Origin: a virus
DNA length: 6,086 bases
IMG/VR virus record: IMGVR_UViG_3300020041_000016
Location: 1-6,086 of that record
Reading direction: 5' to 3' (one strand)
Shown: positions 5,178 to 6,086 of the stretch, one piece after another
How positions within the stretch are numbered: the stretch's first letter is position 1
Layout: every line of letters begins with the position of its first letter
Made by a program: the position numbers and the translations under genes
The notes under the pieces: generated by a model
The model's input: only the letters and a program-made list of their open reading frames with translations
The model's database searches: none
Told to the model about the DNA's origin: nothing

Positions 5178-6086
5178 TTAAATGTTTAGTTGAAGTTTAT
5201 AATGATCTTGCCAGAATCGAAGAATATCCAAGTCTAGCCAAGCGGGGGGGTCAAAGTCGGGCATCTTCCGAGAAGAGGCAGAAAAACGCATTATTTGCTT
5301 TTGCTCCCAGGAATACGTCTCTCTACGGGATACGGAGGAATTGAGACTGAACCGCTCAACGCACAAAGACACAATATGCTTAACCAGAGGAGACTTGCTA
5401 AAACGTGCATAAGAATCAGCAGCGGTAATCGAACGAACAACCTCGTCTTCTGGTTTAAGATACTTAAGGTAATATCGAGGAATCGAGTAATTATAGTTGA
5501 TACGCTTCGCAAAATCAAAATAAGACCACGACGAAGTACGAACAGAAGGGCGAGGCATATAACCAAGAAAATCACCAACGCCAGCAGATACGAATTTTCG
5601 CGTATAACGGCGATGTTGGAGGAGAGAAGATAGAGGTGTAGCTTTTCCATTTATAGTAACAAATTTATCCGAAACGTCTTCGGGTTTAAACTGAATTTGC
5701 TTGGTAACATATTTAACAACATATCGAGCTCGTTTGTGCGTACCCTTTCCGAGCCAGACAAAGCCAAGGTCGCGGACAGCCGCTCGAATATCGTTGTACA
5801 TACAATTGGTACCGAAAAGAAAGCCGTGGAAATGTAGACGAGGTTCCGAGCCTGTTTCTGGGTGAGTACCAAACTCTTGAAAAAACGCGTGCTTAAAAGA
5901 GTGTCCGAGTGTATGACGGACACGTTCATTCCATCGTCGAATAAAACGAGCTGGGTCAAGGAGAGCCTCCTGGTAATACTTAGGGGCAATCGTAATAGTA
6001 ATAAATATCGCCTGGCGGCTCTCCGCCTTACAACGAGCAAGCTCGCGCTCTAATCTCACGAACCAATCATTACGCTGGCGACGCAA
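5178..6086 (-). CDS. VP4: Replication initiator Rep (VP4), C-terminal 302 codons. It is open at the window edge and continues upstream via the circular junction to ATG 283.
   Basis: All three rolling-circle HUH endonuclease motifs are present. Motif I is FITITI (6005..5988), motif II is LHFHGFLF (HUH, 5834..5814), and motif III is YVVKYVTK (two catalytic Tyr, 5723..5700). The track's first residue M is really TTG/Leu at the window edge. TAA stop at 5180..5178. Confidence 0.93.
   Translation of the reverse strand: MRRQRNDWFVRLERELARCKAESRQAIFITITIAPKYYQEALLDPARFIRRWNERVRHTLGHSFKHAFFQEFGTHPETGSEPRLHFHGFLFGTNCMYNDIRAAVRDLGFVWLGKGTHKRARYVVKYVTKQIQFKPEDVSDKFVTINGKATPLSSLLQHRRYTRKFVSAGVGDFLGYMPRPSVRTSSWSYFDFAKRINYNYSIPRYYLKYLKPEDEVVRSITAADSYARFSKSPLVKHIVSLCVERFSLNSSVSRRETYSWEQKQIMRFSASSRKMPDFDPPAWLDLDILRFWQDHYKLQLNI
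5966..6086. repeat. Terminal redundancy, right copy (identical to 1..121)
   Basis: Exact 121/121 identity with the window start implies a unit length of 5,965 nt. Confidence 0.97.

Noticed and set aside
4151-5189. Small ORFs inside or opposite VP1 (4151..4393, 4589..4867 and 4892..5140 minus; 4929..5189 plus)
   Set aside because: The Leu/Ile/Arg-rich translations are typical of shifted frames of a T3-rich gene. There are several of them, which is what chance predicts. See the 5291..5650 finding for the general caveat.
5295-6053. ORFs 5295..5633 (+), 5862..6053 (+) and 5651..6040 (-) within rep
   Set aside because: They are antisense or alternative-frame ORFs with Arg/Leu-rich low-information translations and no independent evidence.
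1-6086. Searched for tRNA/rRNA genes, CRISPR arrays, integrase or transposase, and other tandem or dispersed repeats
   Set aside because: None was seen. The only long repeat is the terminal overlap, no spaced direct-repeat arrays occur, and no ORF shows recombinase-like motifs.

Overview
The window is one complete, circularly permuted genome of a small ssDNA phage of the family Microviridae, with the VP1/VP2/VP4 architecture rather than the phiX174 type. Bases 1-121 are identical to 5966-6086, so the molecule is a 5,965-nt circle that the window overruns by 121 nt. All credible genes lie on the minus strand. Because Microviridae package the mRNA-sense strand, the virion strand should be the reverse complement of what is shown. 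Gene order on the minus strand is: 66-aa basic ORF (483->283); Rep/VP4 (283->1 joined to 5965->5178, 356 aa, complete only after circularisation); major capsid VP1 (5174->3351); 98-aa acidic protein; 100-aa (or 63-aa) membrane/lipoprotein-like ORF; pilot protein VP2 (2716->1463); 106-aa basic ORF; 107-aa acidic ORF; a strong intrinsic terminator (680->649); and a ~240-nt hairpin-dense intergenic region (648->484). Rep, VP1 and VP2 are recognisable from family-typical motifs, and the other five ORFs have no function I can recognise. The points most worth follow-up are listed here. (1) A tiny predicted lipoprotein (lipobox LSSC, ~31-aa mature peptide) sits between the capsid and pilot genes and is a candidate lysis or envelope effector. 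(2) A CRESS-virus-like nonanucleotide AAGTATTAC occurs twice on the virion-sense strand, once beside a hairpin in the intergenic region and once inside rep, and is a candidate Rep nick site. (3) The intergenic control region holds a duplicated CTCCCGGGAG palindrome terminator and a perfect 16-bp palindrome next to a TAAATTTG box. (4) A two-gene module of unknown function lies at the distal end of the operon. No tRNA, rRNA, CRISPR, transposase or integrase was seen. All homology statements come from reading the translations by eye, and no database search was run.
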